A stretch of 64,000 bases of DNA from Candidatus Bathyarchaeota archaeon. GTDB taxonomy: Archaea > Thermoproteota > Bathyarchaeia > Bathyarchaeales > Bathycorpusculaceae. Shown piece after piece: positions 32,610-43,332 of the stretch. Below the pieces are notes generated by a model. That model ran no database searches. It was not told the DNA's origin and worked only from the letters and a program-made list of their open reading frames with translations. Positions within the stretch are counted from its first letter, which is position 1. The number at the start of each line of letters is the position of its first letter. The position numbers and the translations under genes were made by a program. Location: the NCBI GenBank assembly GCA_963767735.1, contig CAVYES010000004.1, positions 160,001 through 224,000 of the forward strand, read 5' to 3'.

Positions 32610-33035
32610 ATCAATCCAAGCCTCTAATAATTAATTAGCTAAGTGTGCATTAAAATGTTCTCCTTAATGGAATCACTAAGCACTCGTACCCTCAACCTCC
32701 CCTTCTTGTGTCGCGCGTCGTGTTGCGTTGCCCGCGCGCTACAGGCAGCATTAAAGAAAGGTAAATTTGAACAAAGCTTCAAAATTTACTACACATGGTC
32801 ACAGACTCTTAGGGAATACCAAAAAAACTCGGAGCAAGAGTACATAAAGGGCATCCTCTATTCAATGCTGGTCTTTCACGTTTCCTTGAAGGAACCAATA
32901 TGATGCTTTTAGTTTTTTTCTGCTTGCTTATGTCGAAGACGTAATTTCAGCGTTGAAGGAGGGGGAATCAGATAAGACGCCTGCATTCAGAAACTTGTCA
33001 AGCTTAATAGGTGGATCAGCTCCTCTCAAAGCGCG

Positions 33036-33047
33036 CTGCCCTGTCCC
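33036..33047. mobile_element. Solo IS terminal-repeat remnant
   Basis: CGCG followed by CTGCCCTGTCCC, nearly identical to the IS IR. Confidence 0.55.
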
Positions 33048-33173
33048 TTTATTGCGGGCAGCGTTGCGATAGACACTTTTTCAAACTACTAAATATTATT
33101 ATACAACTTAGCTTTTACGTTAATATTGGGCTTTTCTTAACATAGAATGTGACGCGCGGGAGGTGAGAAGAGA

Positions 33174-33620
33174 ATGACAGAAGAGAAAATGATTCCCCAA
33201 AAACCCGTTCTTGAAGTCTTATGTGCAATTCAAGGCGCCTTAGGCGAAGAAAACCAGAAGGTATTTGCAAAAGCCAGTATGGCACTTGGAAAAACCTGGG
33301 GTAAATCTGTACCTCCAGCCAAAAACGTGGATGCTTTGATGAAGGAAATCGCAGACTACCTCCGCGACGACCTGAAGCTTGCCCAAAGCATTACTGTAGA
33401 AAAGCAAGGACAAGATTACATCGTGAAAAACCGCGGTTGCTACATATGCCACGGCAAACTCGTAAAAGAAAGATACGGTATCATGCCCGCCTGCGCCATG
33501 TCTATGTTCCCAGCGGGAGCACTCACGGAAAACCTTAAAATAAAAAATGTCCGACTGAAAGAAATTCGCAAACCAGGTCCAGTCGGCGACTGCGACTGGG
33601 TCTACGAAGTGGCAAGCTGA
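33174..33620 (+). CDS. V4R/MetOD-like Cys-containing ligand-binding protein
   Basis: GGAGGTGA SD; CYIC...C...C pattern. Confidence 0.55.
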   Translation: MTEEKMIPQKPVLEVLCAIQGALGEENQKVFAKASMALGKTWGKSVPPAKNVDALMKEIADYLRDDLKLAQSITVEKQGQDYIVKNRGCYICHGKLVKERYGIMPACAMSMFPAGALTENLKIKNVRLKEIRKPGPVGDCDWVYEVAS

Positions 33621-33822
33621 CCCTCAACCTTATTTTTTGGGAAGCACGCTGGTCCTTGATAAAGAGTCATTAAAATTTAATTCCAAACCTAAAGCGCGGT
33701 GCGCTACGAAGGTAGATTCTCATAGAATAGCGCGCTAAATACCATGAGCGGAGCTCGGCTCAACCCTTAGCTACCACGAAAATCATAAATTGATGCTATG
33801 ATTAAGATATTGCGTGATTTAG

Positions 33823-34272
33823 TTGTCACTTGAAGTTGTACCACATGTTGAGCTGGAAAAATATTTAGGCAAATGGTATGAGATAGCACACCTTCCTGCC
33901 AAATTCCAAGAAGGCTGCAACGAAACCACCGCCACTTACACGTTATCAAAGGATGGCAGCATATCCGTGCTCAACCAATGCACAAAAAATGGCAAGATGA
34001 AACAGGCAAAAGGCAAAGCAAAAGTACTTGATAAGAACTCTAACGCAAAACTCAAAGTAACGTTCTTCTGGCCATTCTATGGTGATTATTGGATTATAAA
34101 ATTGGGGAATAACTATGATTATGCCGTTGTAGGTACACCAAACCGCCAGTATCTTTGGATATTGAACAGAACCCCACAAATGGATGACAAGCTATACTCA
34201 CAATTAATAGAATACGTAAAGTCAAGAGGTTTCGATGTAAACAAGCTCATAAGAACTCTTCAAAAGGCATAA
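33823..34272 (+). CDS. blc: Bacterial-type lipocalin (no lipoprotein signal)
   Basis: YLGKWYEIA, KLKVTFFWPFYGDYW, YLWIL.R. Confidence 0.9.
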   Translation: MSLEVVPHVELEKYLGKWYEIAHLPAKFQEGCNETTATYTLSKDGSISVLNQCTKNGKMKQAKGKAKVLDKNSNAKLKVTFFWPFYGDYWIIKLGNNYDYAVVGTPNRQYLWILNRTPQMDDKLYSQLIEYVKSRGFDVNKLIRTLQKA

Positions 34273-34965
34273 AGCGCACACTGCTAAAAAAATCTAGAAT
34301 CCATTATTTTATTTGTTCAGCGCGCGATAGCCAGCAAAATCAACACTGATCCGCCCAGCGTGACGCGTTCACGCAAGAACGCACACAAAAAGATCAAGAA
34401 TGCAAAAACCGACTTGGAATGGAGCGCGCGCTTTGCTGGCTTGCTCATGAAAAAACGTACCTACCTCCTTACTTTTTTCATCTTGATGAATTGCTCCTCA
34501 TAACCGAAAGAGCATAATTAGAACTGTATTTGGAAACAGAATGGGTGATTCATAAGAAAAATAAACGTGGTTTGTCGTTAACTCAAATGTGACGTGCCGG
34601 GCGATATTGATGACTATAACTTTAAGCTTCATAGTGAGTGTTTGTGACTATGTAAATGGCAACAGTGACAAAAGCTTGGATGAGATCACAGACAGAATAT
34701 TGTCTACGGTTCGGGCGTATGACCTGCAAGATTTTTTCGAGAAAATCGCGTTGTTCAGTTCTTCAAATAACCGCTATCAAGAACTTAAGGCGAACTGTGA
34801 AGCGCTGCAAGAAATCAAACATGGCAAAGTCATTAACGCAAAAGTAAATGCCTGTGCACGCGCTACAGCATAAAGTATCCGACGATCTCGATGCGAAGGA
34901 TGCTGCAGCGGCTTTCGAATAAGCCGAAAAAATGATGAAACTCTACGAAGTTCATAGTTAGCGCG

Positions 34966-35008
34966 CTGCCTTGTCCCGAAATTATTAATGTTTATTCTTG
35001 AGTTGGGG
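34966..35008 (+). mobile_element. Left-end remnant of a related IS
   Basis: CGCG + CTGCCTTGTCCC...GTTTATTCTTGAGTTGGGG resembles the first 45 bp of the IS. Confidence 0.7.
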
Positions 35009-35048
35009 TGTTTCATTGCTGATTAAGGCTGCTGCCAATTGGAGCTCC

Positions 35049-35779
35049 TCATTTCCATTTTGTGAGTATTTCTTCTCGTCTGAATGTGCGTTTGCTTACG
35101 AAAAATAGAGCCACATCAAAAATCAGCACACCACCGGCGAAGATCAGAAGGTTACCGATGCTAAAGGTAATTACTCCTTCTACTCCTGCAACGAAGACAG
35201 CCATGAACGGAATAAACATGAGGCCCGCAATCTGGTTTGCACCACGCACATCGGTCACGCGGGATGAAGCAAGCACGCCTGTTTCGATGCTAAAAACGGC
35301 TGCCAGAGGCGCGAGGATTAAGAGCATAACTCCCGCGTTCCAATTAGGGAAATAATAGTAGCCTAGCCCCGCATGTAACAGTATGTAGTCCGATGCTGCC
35401 ATGAAGGTTGATGCTCCAGCCCACATTGAGAGCATAGGCGGCAAGAACGCTGCGAGGCTTTTTCCTAGGAGAATTTCGCCGTCAGTGGTCGGGGTAGCGA
35501 GAAGGGGCTCCAATGTCTTCTCGAGCTTTTCGCCCACTATACTGTAGCCTGCAATCGTACTGGGGAGAACAGCCGCTAAAACAACGAAGAAGTAAATGAG
35601 TGATTCGGCACTAGTTGAAGATTACTAGGGATTCCAGAGGCTACGTCGTTTCTTATTTCGAGTGACCAAGCAACCGCTAGAAGAAATGGAAGCGCGACGG
35701 TATAGAACATTATACTTTTTTTTCTGCTTATCACCTTTAACTCTTTGCGCGCTATCTTCCACGGCAACCATGTGCTCAT
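35049..35779 (-). pseudogene. ABC-2 type permease, frameshifted near 35610
   Basis: KIARKEL N-terminus and GEK..TLEPLLATP in different frames. Confidence 0.8.
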
Positions 35780-36357
35780 TGTTTATCCTCCATTACTAAT
35801 TTTAGGTAAGCGTCTTCTAGCGAACTACTGATCACGGAGACGGTCTCGATTCGCCCTCCCGCAGCGACTATTGCGTTTACTATGTCAGGATTCTCTTCCT
35901 CGGGATTCAAGACGTCGACTGTCAGCTTGTTACCATCCCTAACCAAGTTCTTGACCTGTAATTTCTTCAGCGAATTCAGGACTACTTCGCTTGCCTGTCT
36001 CAGTTGAATTACCGTCTTCCTTCCCTGGATAGGGCGTTCAAGTTCTTCAGGGGTACCTACTGCCATTAGACGAGTATTCAATATGCCAATCTTATCGCAG
36101 GTCCTTTGCGCCTCATCGAGGTTGTGTGTATTGAGGAAGATGGTTTTTTTCTCCTTCTTTAACTCGAGGATGAATTCCCTCACGGCCTTTGCAGCCTTGG
36201 GATCCAAGTTTGCGGTTGGCTCAGGTCGTGGTCTTTCCCGCTCCGTTTGGTCCGAGGAAACCGAAGACTTCTCCCTTTTCCACGCGAAGAGTTAGATTGT
36301 CAACAGCAGTCAGGTCGCCGAACTTTCTTGTAAGGTTCTTAGTTTCGATCGTGCCAA
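35776..36357 (-). pseudogene. ABC ATPase with an internal deletion
   Basis: Walker [11 protein letters not shown] is joined directly and out of frame to the Walker B/D-loop EPTANLDP at about 36223; Q-loop and signature motif are absent. Confidence 0.85.
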
Positions 36358-36511
36358 GCCGCCTCTCAATGCGTTTTAAATTAAGAAGTGAAATTGGATA
36401 TAAAAGTGCCTGCGCCTGAGGTAAAGGTCTTCCAGAAACTGGCGGGCATAGAGTGGATAAGTTTGAATTTATTCGCGCGCTATCACAAACATATAAGAAT
36501 GCCGCGCGTGG

Positions 36512-36772
36512 CTAAACCGCTGCCGCCCAGCTTTTCGTCCCTTTCGGGAACTTTGGTTTGCTGTTTACGACGCCCGACCGTTTGAGGTTTACAGCGTTTT
36601 CGCCTGTAACTATCAGAACCTGCTCTGCCAAGAACCCCGTCAACGAGTCAAGCGCTGAGCCATCACTTTCTTTCTTATGTTCAGCCACATGATTTTTTAT
36701 GGCTCGGTTCATGGCTTTCAAATCGGGCACCACCAAAATTTCAGAGCCGCATACACATCTGATAGTAGACAT
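36512..36772 (-). CDS. Small Zn-binding hypothetical protein (CxCG...H...H)
   Basis: IRCVCGSEILVVPDLKAMNRAIKNH...H. Confidence 0.6.
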   Translation of the reverse strand: MSTIRCVCGSEILVVPDLKAMNRAIKNHVAEHKKESDGSALDSLTGFLAEQVLIVTGENAVNLKRSGVVNSKPKFPKGTKSWAAAV

Positions 36773-37081
36773 ATTTTTCGTATGAGCAGCGAATTTGCCG
36801 CTGCGGTCTTGGTCAGAAGTGAAGTTAATTTCTTGGATCCTTTTTCTTGTCGTTCCTCTCACTCTTAAATTGACCACTTTTTGATCTATACCAAAGCAAA
36901 TTGTTTGTTCTATTCTGCAAAGCATATAAAAACTTGTGGTAGGCTTGGCACAATCACAATCACGGAAACAGCATGCGAAGCTCATGCTGTTTCAGGAAGC
37001 GAGCAGTAAAGCAGAAATTAAGAAAGGCCTGTCGTGAAAAGGGCGGGATAGGGAATTATCCAAACAATTTATTTTATAGCT

Positions 37082-37375
37082 TTAGAACGGATAGGGCGCT
37101 TTTTTTCCTGTTTCTTCAACTATGGGAAGCCCTTCTCTGAGCTCTCTGAAATACTTGAGCACTGTAACGCCGCGTTGCGTGATCGCATAGACCAATCTTT
37201 CCTTTCTAATGATTTTCTCTTCAACCAGCCCCTGCTTAGTCAAGAAGTCAAGATACCCCTTCAGCACGCTGCAGTTAACGTTAGCCTTGTACATGACGCG
37301 CGTCAGCTTCGAAGGACCCCAGTGAACCAAGACCTTCAGAATATCCACATGCATTTCCAGTTTAGATCTTCTCAT
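37082..37375 (-). CDS. Winged-HTH regulator (HTH_45/ArnR-like)
   Basis: RRSKLE...IL...T.VMYKANVN...YL..L...GL...YAIT.RG. Confidence 0.85.
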   Translation of the reverse strand: MRRSKLEMHVDILKVLVHWGPSKLTRVMYKANVNCSVLKGYLDFLTKQGLVEEKIIRKERLVYAITQRGVTVLKYFRELREGLPIVEETGKKAPYPF

Positions 37376-37803
37376 ACATTATCTTTTTTTTGGCGCACTT
37401 CTATTAGCAACGCTCTAATATTTCTGGTGTTAGCGCGCCCTTCTCCATGCACTATATTAGTGATACAACACTTATAGGTATAATGAATTAATTCACGAAT
37501 ATTATGAAATAAATGTGTATTATTTGATAATAATATTTAAAAAAGCAGTTTTCAAATGCAAAAGTGATATTGTCAAATTCGGCGAACAAAGCGTTGGGAG
37601 AAGATGGAAAACAGCCTTCTTGGGCGAAGATCTTGAAGATCGACCAACACCAGAAGCAAAGGCCTGTCGCCGTTTGGAGGGGATAGAGAGTGAACTATTA
37701 TTATTTTTATATTATTTTTTATATGTTCTGATGATTAGCTTAAACCAGAAAGACCTCTCTTTCCCTCTGTGGGGGTAAGTTTTTGGAAGGCCTTAGCAAC
37801 GGT

Positions 37804-38112
37804 TTAGCGCATGTGAATGTTCTTAAATGCGTGTTTGTGGGATTTGAGCACAACGGAGATTATGGTGCTTTGGACGCCTTTGATCTTCATGATTTTCTTG
37901 TGCAAGACGTTGCGGAACTCTTCCACGCTCGAAGCCGAAACTATGGAAACAATGTCAAATTCGCCGGCCACATCGTAAATCTCCTCTATGTTTTCAACCT
38001 TTTCGAGGGCATCTATAACTTGTGCCTTTTGGGACGGATCAACAAAAATGTTGACTGAGGCTTCGAACCGATCGTGAATATTACTGGACTCCATATTGGT
38101 CATTAAAAACAA
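37804..38112 (-). CDS. Stand-alone Lrp/AsnC ligand-binding domain
   Basis: VAGEFDIVSIV...IKGVQST. Confidence 0.8.
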   Translation of the reverse strand: MFLMTNMESSNIHDRFEASVNIFVDPSQKAQVIDALEKVENIEEIYDVAGEFDIVSIVSASSVEEFRNVLHKKIMKIKGVQSTIISVVLKSHKHAFKNIHMR

Positions 38113-38371
38113 TTAAGCAGGTCGGGCGGCTTTTAGGCATTTTTGAGAATGAAAATGCACTAATTTGAGAAGCAGAGCGGGCTAAAGGCCTTTCGCGAAT
38201 TGGGCGTCGCGAGCTGAGGTCGGATGCCTTAGTAGTCTGGATTTTTTCGGAAACATCAATTTTACGACTTCTCAACCGTGGCTGAGCTCTTTCCTTAGGA
38301 GCAATTAAGAGAACTTGTAAAGTTGGAAAATCAACCCTTTCGAAGTTTTTTTAAGTTTAACACGCGCGCCC

Positions 38372-38722
38372 TTATAGCCGGCGCGTACGCGGCCACCAAG
38401 TTGCGGATTCCTCGTGTTTGCTCTTTGGCGCTTCATAAATGATGATCTTGACTGCTTCCTTTGGAACTCCTAAACCTTCAAAAACCCTAGTTATCCCTTC
38501 AACTGTTTTCTTTTTATTCTCGGGGCTAATGTCCTCCCGAACATGAACTATTATGATTTCATTTGATAACTCGTGCGCACTTTTTGGCACTTCATAAATG
38601 ACGATCTTGACTGCTTCCTTTGGAACCCTTAAATCTTCAAAAACCCTAGTTATCCCTTCAACTGTTTTCTTCTTGTTCTCAGGGCTAATGTCCTCCCGAA
38701 CAGAAACTTGGACTTCTATCAT
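38372..38722 (-). CDS. Tandemly duplicated 4-oxalocrotonate tautomerase-like protein
   Basis: Two near-identical units (VREDISPENKKKTVEGITRVFE.L.VPKEAVKI.IYE.PKS). Confidence 0.8.
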   Translation of the reverse strand: MIEVQVSVREDISPENKKKTVEGITRVFEDLRVPKEAVKIVIYEVPKSAHELSNEIIIVHVREDISPENKKKTVEGITRVFEGLGVPKEAVKIIIYEAPKSKHEESATWWPRTRRL

Positions 38723-38896
38723 TCCATTTTTGCCTCAAATAGCACTTTTGCTCTTTCACCTAATTAATATGTCCAATCTCCTGAATGCATTTTCAGCGTT
38801 AAGGCTGAACAGGTCAGAAAAAGCCAGATTCCTTACTATGCTAGCAAGACAAAAAGGAAATATACAAAGAAAGCGATTTAGCAACGAACTGACGCG

Positions 38897-39998
38897 CTGC
38901 CTTGTCCCGATATTACGTGTTGAAGTATGTTGGTGAGACTGCTTTATCGTATCTTCCGAAGTTTTCTGCCGCCTCTCGGTTCAGAACTAAGCATAGAATG
39001 CTAAAGAGCGCATATGAAGCTACGTTGCCTAAGCCTCTTACTTTATTGACGGTTAGGCTGTACTGTGTCTTTAGGAAGCTGTAGACTGCCTCTACATGAG
39101 GTCTTTTGTGGTACTCCTTCTTCTGTTCTTCCGGTCCATAGGCTCGAAACTTCTTGTCCACTCTCAGCAAGCCCTTAACGTCCCGTTTCTGGTTTGAACG
39201 ATACGGTATCACCGCAGCGTCGACAGCGTCTCTGAGTTTGCCGTCGCTGTACTGGCTGTCAGCTATCACACTTCTCAATTTAGCCTCAGACTGCTTGAGA
39301 ATCAGCTTGGTCTTCTCCAGCAGGTTCAATGAGTGTTTCTGCTCGTTCTGATTAGCCGAAGCAAAAATGCAGGCTAAAGGAAGCATAGTCGCAGAATCGA
39401 TAGCTAAGTGCAGCTTGTAGCCGAGTCCGAATGATCTGCCTGCGCGTCCGACTCTGGCTTCCTTGTCTGAATAGCCGGTCTGGTTGTCCAGTGGATCACG
39501 TGTACTCCACGCATCTATAAAGGAAGCATCAAAAATGGAATCAACGTCTCTTGCACTGCTGTGTTTCGAGAGCTTAACAACTTTCTCGTCTATTATGTTA
39601 ATGAGGCGGATTTCTCCGACTTTGCGGATGAACCTGCTGAGAACGCTTCGTGGGTAACCTTTTTCGGCTGGTTTGATGAGGCACAATCGTCTAAGCCTTG
39701 GGTCTGCGTCGAGTAGTCTGGTCATTTCTCTTAGGCTGCGAACGCCCTTCATGCGCATAACGATGAAGGTTCTGAAAAGTCCCATTGGGTTTCTGGGGGG
39801 TCTTCCTGGACCATCGGAATGGAAGCAGTCGAGTAAGGCTGCTTTAGCAAAACTTAAGTCTACGTTTCTGAAGAGGGTTTCTAGGGTCTCGTGTTCATCT
39901 TGTCCCGCTTGGGGTCACCTCCTAAGCTTGGACGTAACTCATTTGAAACGAGGCCCCAACTCAAAAATAAACGTTTACTTAATTAAGGGACAAGCCAG
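38897..39998 (-). mobile_element. Insertion sequence copy 2 (inverted)
   Basis: Same IRs and length, CGCG on both flanks; at least three substitutions relative to copy 1. Confidence 0.9.
38913..39785 (-). CDS. DDE transposase
   Basis: Two amino-acid differences from 13764-14636. Confidence 0.9.
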   Translation of the reverse strand: MGLFRTFIVMRMKGVRSLREMTRLLDADPRLRRLCLIKPAEKGYPRSVLSRFIRKVGEIRLINIIDEKVVKLSKHSSARDVDSIFDASFIDAWSTRDPLDNQTGYSDKEARVGRAGRSFGLGYKLHLAIDSATMLPLACIFASANQNEQKHSLNLLEKTKLILKQSEAKLRSVIADSQYSDGKLRDAVDAAVIPYRSNQKRDVKGLLRVDKKFRAYGPEEQKKEYHKRPHVEAVYSFLKTQYSLTVNKVRGLGNVASYALFSILCLVLNREAAENFGRYDKAVSPTYFNT

Positions 39999-40164
39999 CG
40001 CGTGTGCGTTTTGAAGAAATCGTGCTTGTTGTAGCAAAACACAATCACAAACCGATAAATTAATTGTTTGATCAACTTTTAGATAAAAGGCAAAAAACTG
40101 ATGCAACTGATAAGAAAAGGTTGATATCTTCAAAATTTGTCTCTATTATCTCGAGGCGATAATT

Positions 40165-40830
40165 TTGTTATTTTTCTTAGCTTCTGTTTTCCTTTTCAAA
40201 GAAGAGGCAGTGAAAATCGGACCGATATTGGCATTAGCGCTTTCTCAAACGGCTGATGTGTTGGATCTTTCGGGTTTAATTCAGGTCCTCAGCGCCATAA
40301 GTTCCATTGCTGTAATCCTTGGAGTCGTTTTCATTATAGTGCAGCTTCGTCAGAACGCGAAGTTAATTGACTTAAATGCGAAGTTAACGGAGGCTACTTT
40401 TCGGGATGTAAAATCCAACATCTCCTTTGAAATACTTGAGAAATTGAGTGATGAATCATTCGCTAGGCGCAGAAGCTTCATGTGGCATACGGTGAAGAAG
40501 TATCAAGCGTCTAATTGGGAAGGCTTCGATGATAGCTCGGACGACTTTGAGATACGAAACTTCGCATACATGTACGACCTTTACGGTCAACTGACAAAGG
40601 AGGGCTTATTAGATCTCGAGATAATGGCTAAAACATTCAAGTACCTTGTGGCGTTAGACTGGGAAGCGTTCGAGCCTGTTTCAAATCACATCATGAAGCG
40701 TTATAACCTCACGCAAAATGAGATTTTCTCAGATTTTGAGTGGCTTGCTAAAGAAACCGAGAAAATCTTGAAGCAAAAAGGAAGCCAAGTCCCGAAAATT
40801 ACGCATCCAGGACGCGAACACGAAGGTTAA
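40165..40830 (+). CDS. Membrane-anchored helical protein (DUF4760-like)
   Basis: TM helix + QLR; G.LD...W...FEWLA pattern recalled from the family. Confidence 0.55.
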   Translation: MLFFLASVFLFKEEAVKIGPILALALSQTADVLDLSGLIQVLSAISSIAVILGVVFIIVQLRQNAKLIDLNAKLTEATFRDVKSNISFEILEKLSDESFARRRSFMWHTVKKYQASNWEGFDDSSDDFEIRNFAYMYDLYGQLTKEGLLDLEIMAKTFKYLVALDWEAFEPVSNHIMKRYNLTQNEIFSDFEWLAKETEKILKQKGSQVPKITHPGREHEG

Positions 40831-41639
40831 GCATTGTTACAACTTGCTAGTTGTCAATAAGAAAAGCAATTTACTATTAATGTTGATAGAGCACGTAAAG
40901 TGGAGTCGGCAGAGTCTTTCCAAGTGTGCCTTCGCTCAAGAAAAAAAGCTTTGAACCCGTTTGGGTATGGGGACGGGCAGCCCCATTAAAGGTTCCGAAC
41001 CGTTTCGGGTTCAAGTATCTGCGAGAGCAACACAACCGCAACAAATTTTAGGTTCATATCTTGCCGCAGATAGATGCCTTGCTGCAAAGACTGCTGTTTT
41101 CGGTTGTCGTTCGATGGATGGATAACGACCGTCTTAAAGCGACTTTCGAGTTGGTTCTCAGAAAGGCGGCTCTACGAAAAGTAAACTTGCGCTTAGTGGA
41201 AATTGAACTTGAGGGTTCAATTTTATCGTTTTTTTCCTGCGGAAGAAGGCTGGATTGGGCTTGAAACTGGAAATCGGGTTAAAAACCGCTTGATCTCCTT
41301 AGAAGTTGTGAACCTTTTACATGGAAAACAGAGGCTAGTTTGAACTTTTCGCATGTTGAGAGAGCACGATTTTGACGTGATTTTGTAGGGTTTGAGTGGC
41401 TCCTGAAGTGGTGGTCGTTGTGGGAAGAAACCATACGTCGACGATTCATTTATGAGGTAAGGGCGGTTCGTTGCCGAACGGTTTCCGCCAGTTCCTCTTG
41501 GTTTTTTTCGGGCCGCTTTGGCATATTGTGAACAGGGACAGGTACGTTTTGGTTTCAGGGTAGGGTTTGCACGCTCTGCCGTGCTCGCGGCACCATAGTA
41601 TCAGACTTATCGTAAGTTTTTTTATACGAAACTAGGCAG

Positions 41640-41863
41640 CGAGCTTCTAAGTTGAGGCAATCTACAAAAGCGTCAATGAACCGTACCGGGTTTTCCTTGT
41701 TGACGTAATCATCAAGTATGTTTGGGAAGAGAACTGACTGATTTCTGTAATGGCCTGTTATGTGTTCGCCATTACTTTTCAGTTCTTTCTGTTGCTCTAA
41801 AGCTAGTCTAGATTTAAGGTTGACGGTAAATAGCCACAAAGAAGGAGACTTTTCACACAGGCT
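41640..41863 (-). mobile_element. IS1182-family remnant (left end + transposase N-terminus)
   Basis: HITGHYRNQSVLFPNILDDYVNKENPVRFIDAFVDCLNL; IR-like GAGCCTGTGTGAAAAGTC. Confidence 0.75.
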
Positions 41864-41962
41864 CAGATGGGTTCGGAACCAAAACTAAAAATGTCGAGAT
41901 TCGACTGGCGCCTGGAGGGGGATCCCAGCCCCATTTTACCAGTAAAAATAAATTGAGTGCAA

Positions 41963-41984
41963 GTCCGGTGGGATTTTGAGCCCA
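41963..41984 (-). repeat. Degenerate copy of the tRNA-Arg 3' end (possible att remnant)
   Basis: gtccggtgggattttgagccca versus tRNA gcccggtgggattt-gaaccca, same orientation. Confidence 0.5.
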
Positions 41985-42152
41985 AAAGGGGACGGGACCA
42001 TAACTTTAAAATCACCAATTTCTGAGAAACTTTGGAAAAACAATCCACAGCAGACATTTCTATATCAAAAGTGAGCTGGGCGCGAGTCGACCTGAGGGAA
42101 TCAGAGTTAGATATGTTTATGACTGATAGCGGCTCAGTACTGTTCCTGACAG

Positions 42153-42368
42153 ATGACCAGAGGAATTTTAATAATAGAAAAACGTAAAGGCATAACAACT
42201 GATGAACGACGGGCTAAAGCTTTAGCTCTTGAATTTTTAAAATCATTCCCAAATTATACAGTTAATTTATTTGAACAAAGATGGACTGAATTTTTGGGCG
42301 AAAAGGTACGATATGGCAACCCAAAAGATATAGCCGATGAATTCCTTAAAAAATATGGAGAGATTTAA
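42153..42368 (+). CDS. Hypothetical protein
   Basis: AT-rich small ORF. Confidence 0.45.
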   Translation: MTRGILIIEKRKGITTDERRAKALALEFLKSFPNYTVNLFEQRWTEFLGEKVRYGNPKDIADEFLKKYGEI

Positions 42369-42795
42369 AATGAACAACCAAACAAACCCAAAAAACAGGA
42401 TAAAGTTATTTTGTTATAGTGAATTTTCTTCCACATCTATCGCAAGTGTAAGTTTCAATTGTGAAAAAGGTATTCTGTAATTTAGCTTGAGGTTTTGAAA
42501 CTTCATTCTGGCAGTTGGGGCATTCAGCCACTTGATTTACAACCTTACCTTAAATCTTGCTACTTGACAATATTAGCATTTGTTGTCGCATGTTGCAACA
42601 GTTTTCTGTGCACTGTTTCCAGCTTGACCAGACCACTGTAGCGACTTAATGCACTCTCAATATAGCCAAGTTTCCAAGTTTCTACCCATTGAATTAGGCA
42701 CTTGCAGAAAGTAATTATCATGTGCATATTCAAAATTTGAGAGGCAAAAACTTAACAGAAACCAAAAGAACTAATCATTTCAAAGGCTAAAAAAA

Positions 42796-43026
42796 ATGGT
42801 AAAACTGGATTCTGAGGGTAATATTTTAGTTGGAAATGAAAAAATTCACTATAAATGGTATCGCAGTGGACGCCGAGTTACAAGTGATCGTTTAACAGTA
42901 AGTTATCACTATTGCATAGAAACAACATATAATAGAGAATTAATTTCAATAGATGATTACGGCAACGGCTTAGAATATGCGAAAAAGTTGCTAGAAAACG
43001 AAATTTTAAAAAGACAAAAAGTTTAA
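42796..43026 (+). CDS. Hypothetical protein
   Basis: AT-rich small ORF. Confidence 0.45.
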   Translation: MVKLDSEGNILVGNEKIHYKWYRSGRRVTSDRLTVSYHYCIETTYNRELISIDDYGNGLEYAKKLLENEILKRQKV

Positions 43027-43332
43027 AAAGTATCCGTCGTTCACTAAATTAGCTATTTCTTAATAGCCGGTCGAAGTAAATTGAGTAAGCAAAATGAAGA
43101 AAACAAAATTAAACCTAATGAAGAAAATAAACCTAAACCTAAAAACGCCTATGTTAAAAGTAATCGCCATAATCGTAAATTTCATAGGCGATAGAGCCAG
43201 AGTAATTGAGTAGTTATGGTGATATATTAGATACATTAGAAATTTGATAGTTTGGCTAAAAGCGAATTGAAAAATTACGTTGATAATTTGTATTTGCCAA
43301 GCGGATCGATTCTTTAATTCCTCTATTGATTG

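Noticed and set aside
32643-32903. 86-aa ORF
   Set aside because: No SD or motif, and it spans CGCG junctions; probably spurious or a gene scrap.
41904-41932. TGGCGCCTGGAGGGGGATCCCAGCCC as another tRNA 3' remnant
   Set aside because: No matching tRNA in the window and no T-loop consensus.
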